Part shown: positions 46,203 to 49,330 of the stretch, piece by piece | Position numbering within the stretch: position 1 is the stretch's first letter | Layout: every line of letters begins with the position of its first letter | Source: Veleropilina oligotropha | Lineage: Eukaryota | Direction: 5' to 3' | Assembly: GCA_048128005.1 (NCBI GenBank) | Contig: JBEUKZ010000056.1 | Location: 1 to 49,330 of the forward strand | Length of the DNA: 49,330 nt | The notes under the pieces: generated by a model | Told to the model about the DNA's origin: nothing | Databases searched by the model: none | Seen by the model: only the letters and a program-made list of their open reading frames with translations | Program-made: the position numbers and the translations under genes

Positions 46203-47001
46203 AGCTACACACACGGGTAGGTAGGAGATAGGGTTTTTAAAGTGATAAGGATATTTCCCGGGTAGTTTACCAAATTACTACTACAACCTCGATTGTACCT
46301 GATCCGAGAGTAGGAAAAGGCTGAAATACGCTTAGAACTTACGGCGGATTATACGCCCAAAAACACCGACTTTATATTTTTACTTTTTTAAAAACCAGTC
46401 GGTCAACGAATTGAGAAACGGGAGGTCTTCTTTTTAAGAAACCGCCCTTTTACACCTAAAAACCTCTTGGATGTATATATATCAATTTGTTAGAATTCGG
46501 CGTGCTATCCCCGATTTAGCAGATTTACCAAAATAACGCTAGTTAAATTCTAAATAATCTGCTTTTCAACGACGATAAATTTTATTACATAAATTTATAG
46601 CAAGAAAAAAGTCGTTGAGGAATTATCGTATATATAAATGAAATGCAATGCAAATTCAAGCAATATCAATAATCAACTCTCTTATCCTGACTCCGTAGTT
46701 ATTGCTAGGGAGCTTCCTTCTTTAAATATCCCTCTGAGCGGCCTCTTTTCTGTCTTTTCAGAATTCCAAGATGGCGTCGTCAATGGAGGGTGTCGATTTC
46801 GTTTTTTGTCCTCTTGAAGACAGGAAAACTTCTAAGAAGGCGTCTTATTCAGGAAGAGACTCTCGACTTTCCACTAAACGTGTTCACAACACTATACTAG
46901 ACCTTATGAGCTGATAGATTATTAAAATCGAGCTAAAAAAAGATCGAAAAATCACAAAGATTGTGGAGCAAAGCAAAACGCGACTTGTTCAATCGAGCGG
47001 A

Positions 47002-47207
47002 AAACTTCGGATGAGGTCTTGACCCTTGGTCAAGAAGATCTCGCGGGAGTTGGCGAGCTCTTACTGGACATGAACTGGAGGAGGTCGAGCAGGTCAGGGG
47101 GTCAGCTGGGTTCAATTTACTAAAAGAAGTGCAAATTACCATTTCCACCTTGTCCGGATTTAGCGATAATAGGCTTATTATGGCATTAGTAAGGACGTAA
47201 GTATATT
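47002..47207. repeat. DIRS-B 5' ITR
   Basis: Reverse complement of 39853-40058. Confidence 0.95.
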
Positions 47208-47667
47208 TGATATAGATATATATATATGTATATTTAAATATATATTATTTTTACTCTCCAGATAAATATCTATCAACATTCTCAATATTAATTTTGTTCA
47301 TTTTTGCGCAATTGGAGCCTCATTGGATTAATTAAGTGACTAAGCTCCGTGGTTACTGAAACGGAACCATCATATATTTTTCGCATCTAATCGAAACACG
47401 CCTGACTGCTTTCATCTACATTCAATTCGATTTTCGATTAGATGCGAATAAACCTTCAATTTATCGGTCTGGTGTTGTCTTAATTATGTTCCCAAGCAAA
47501 TTAGGCAACAGCAATCTCCTTTGTGTCAGACACACGTGCGATATTCCCACGGAAATCTAATGGGATCTGGTCAGTGGTAATTGAATCTTAAATGTAGAAA
47601 CAGTTGCTTATTACAGTTACATCAAATTAATCAAGAATAACTTATTTCAATATCTCGTGTTCTCATG

Positions 47668-47960
<293 letters not shown>

Positions 47961-48811
47961 GGCTGTTTCTCACGAAACTGCAGCAACTTTTTTTAAGAGG
48001 TCATTTTTAAAATGTTTGCTGATCGTTTCAATACTCTGTCCATATAATGTACATACAATCTACTTCTGTCCCAAAAAATTGCTACAAGTTTAGTGAAAAG
48101 ACCTTCCTACAAGAGTTCCTCCAGTTTGGGACATGTTTTGCAATGTAAAGTACAAATCCACCATGACCTCAGCTAGGAATTCATGTTTAAAAGTATTATT
48201 TGATAATATACATGTAATTGGAACACTTTGAACCGATCAGGAATATATTACAACATCAATATCACTTTACAAGTAATGTTTGGATGCATTTCTACTTTTG
48301 ATGCAGGTTAAAGTATACATAAGGTGAATTTCGAAATGTACTTTTACCAAATATGAAGTCGTGACGAAAGTTATCACATTTAGAGAGTGCTCTTTATGTG
48401 GAATGTTAAGCTATCATCCAAATCTACAACATATATGCTGTATTTCTGCACACCATGCAGGTCTTATTTCTGGATTTCTATTATTCATAAGGAGTTCGCA
48501 TAATGGATTCGTACTTGACAAAACTCAACACACAAAATAAATATAATGGAAATGCACTCTTTACCACAAACGAAATATTCCTTTGAATTAAAACTGATAG
48601 CTCATACATTATTGACAAATAATGCGAAAAAGACGAATTGTAATCCCAAAGCTGCTAATATTTCAAGAGTAAACTCATGTTAAATGACAACATAAGCAGA
48701 TAGACAATTGTAGGCTGATCATTACGGTTTTTTGCCACAATTAATTATTATGAAACATGTTTTCAACACACATAAGATAATATTACTGCAAAATAGTTCT
48801 ACATTTTATTG

Positions 48812-48899
48812 AATTTGTACTTCATAATATTAATTTGTACGTCATAATATTAATTTGTACTTCATAATATTAATTTGTACTTCGTAATATTAATTTGTA
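48812..48899. repeat. 20-bp tandem repeat AATTTGTACTTCATAATATT, about 4.4 copies
   Basis: Direct. Confidence 0.95.
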
Positions 48900-49330
48900 T
48901 TTTATGCTTAACATGGATTACATGAAGTGTATGTTTGTCTGAAGACATTTTTGGTAAATGAGTCCATTTCATAACAGAAAACATTAATATAATATAATTT
49001 ATGTTTCCATATCATGTTATATCATATTTGAACAATTGAATATAATTTATAAATATATTCACGTGGATAAATGGGTTCACACATAAATCATATGGAAATG
49101 CAATATCCATCTTAGTACTATAATAGTTACAATTCCAGAGTACAATAAACAAAATAAATGTATGTTACAATGCGATAATTGAAAATGAATACCCTGGAGC
49201 ACATATTTCTGAGTTATGCTTGCATAAACTATGATTCACCCCCTCTGGATTTGTACTTTATTGTATGCATAAAGCATAAATCCAACGATAAAGTACAAAT
49301 ACACCCAAAATGTGATGTTGTTTCATATTT

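Larger units (their letters stand above)
39820..47218 (-). mobile_element. DIRS-type tyrosine-recombinase retrotransposon B, apparently intact
   Basis: Three uninterrupted overlapping ORFs, identical 206-bp ITRs and an ICR. Ends are ambiguous by a few bases within the TA-rich target. Confidence 0.97.
38671..47454 (+). mobile_element. Mutator-like (MULE) DNA transposon, internally deleted, hosting DIRS-B
   Basis: 29-bp TIRs at 38671-38699 and 47426-47454 (2 mismatches). 8-bp TSD TTCAATTT at 38663-38670 and 47455-47462. Confidence 0.85.

Overview
AT-rich eukaryotic (animal, probably marine invertebrate; inferred from repeat types) intergenic DNA made almost entirely of transposable elements. 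No host gene is recognisable. The main features are two related but distinct DIRS-type tyrosine-recombinase retrotransposons on the minus strand. DIRS-B (39820-47218) looks intact: gag, RT/RNaseH/Dam-like methylase, YR, identical 206-bp ITRs and an ICR. It sits inside a Mutator-like element with TIRs and an 8-bp TSD. DIRS-A (22766-32918) has dead ORFs but near-perfect termini and is the third layer of a four-level nest: SINE > RTE-X-like LINE > DIRS-A > L2 LINE. Comparing the two DIRS copies by eye shows long non-coding regions (3' region next to the ICR, and the 5' leader) conserved with compensatory base-pair changes. These are candidate structured RNAs that I cannot assign to any known family, and they are the most interesting signal here. 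The rest is L2/CR1 fragments, tRNA-derived SINEs, Helentron-like elements, MITEs, Academ-like remnants and simple repeats. All alignments were done by eye.
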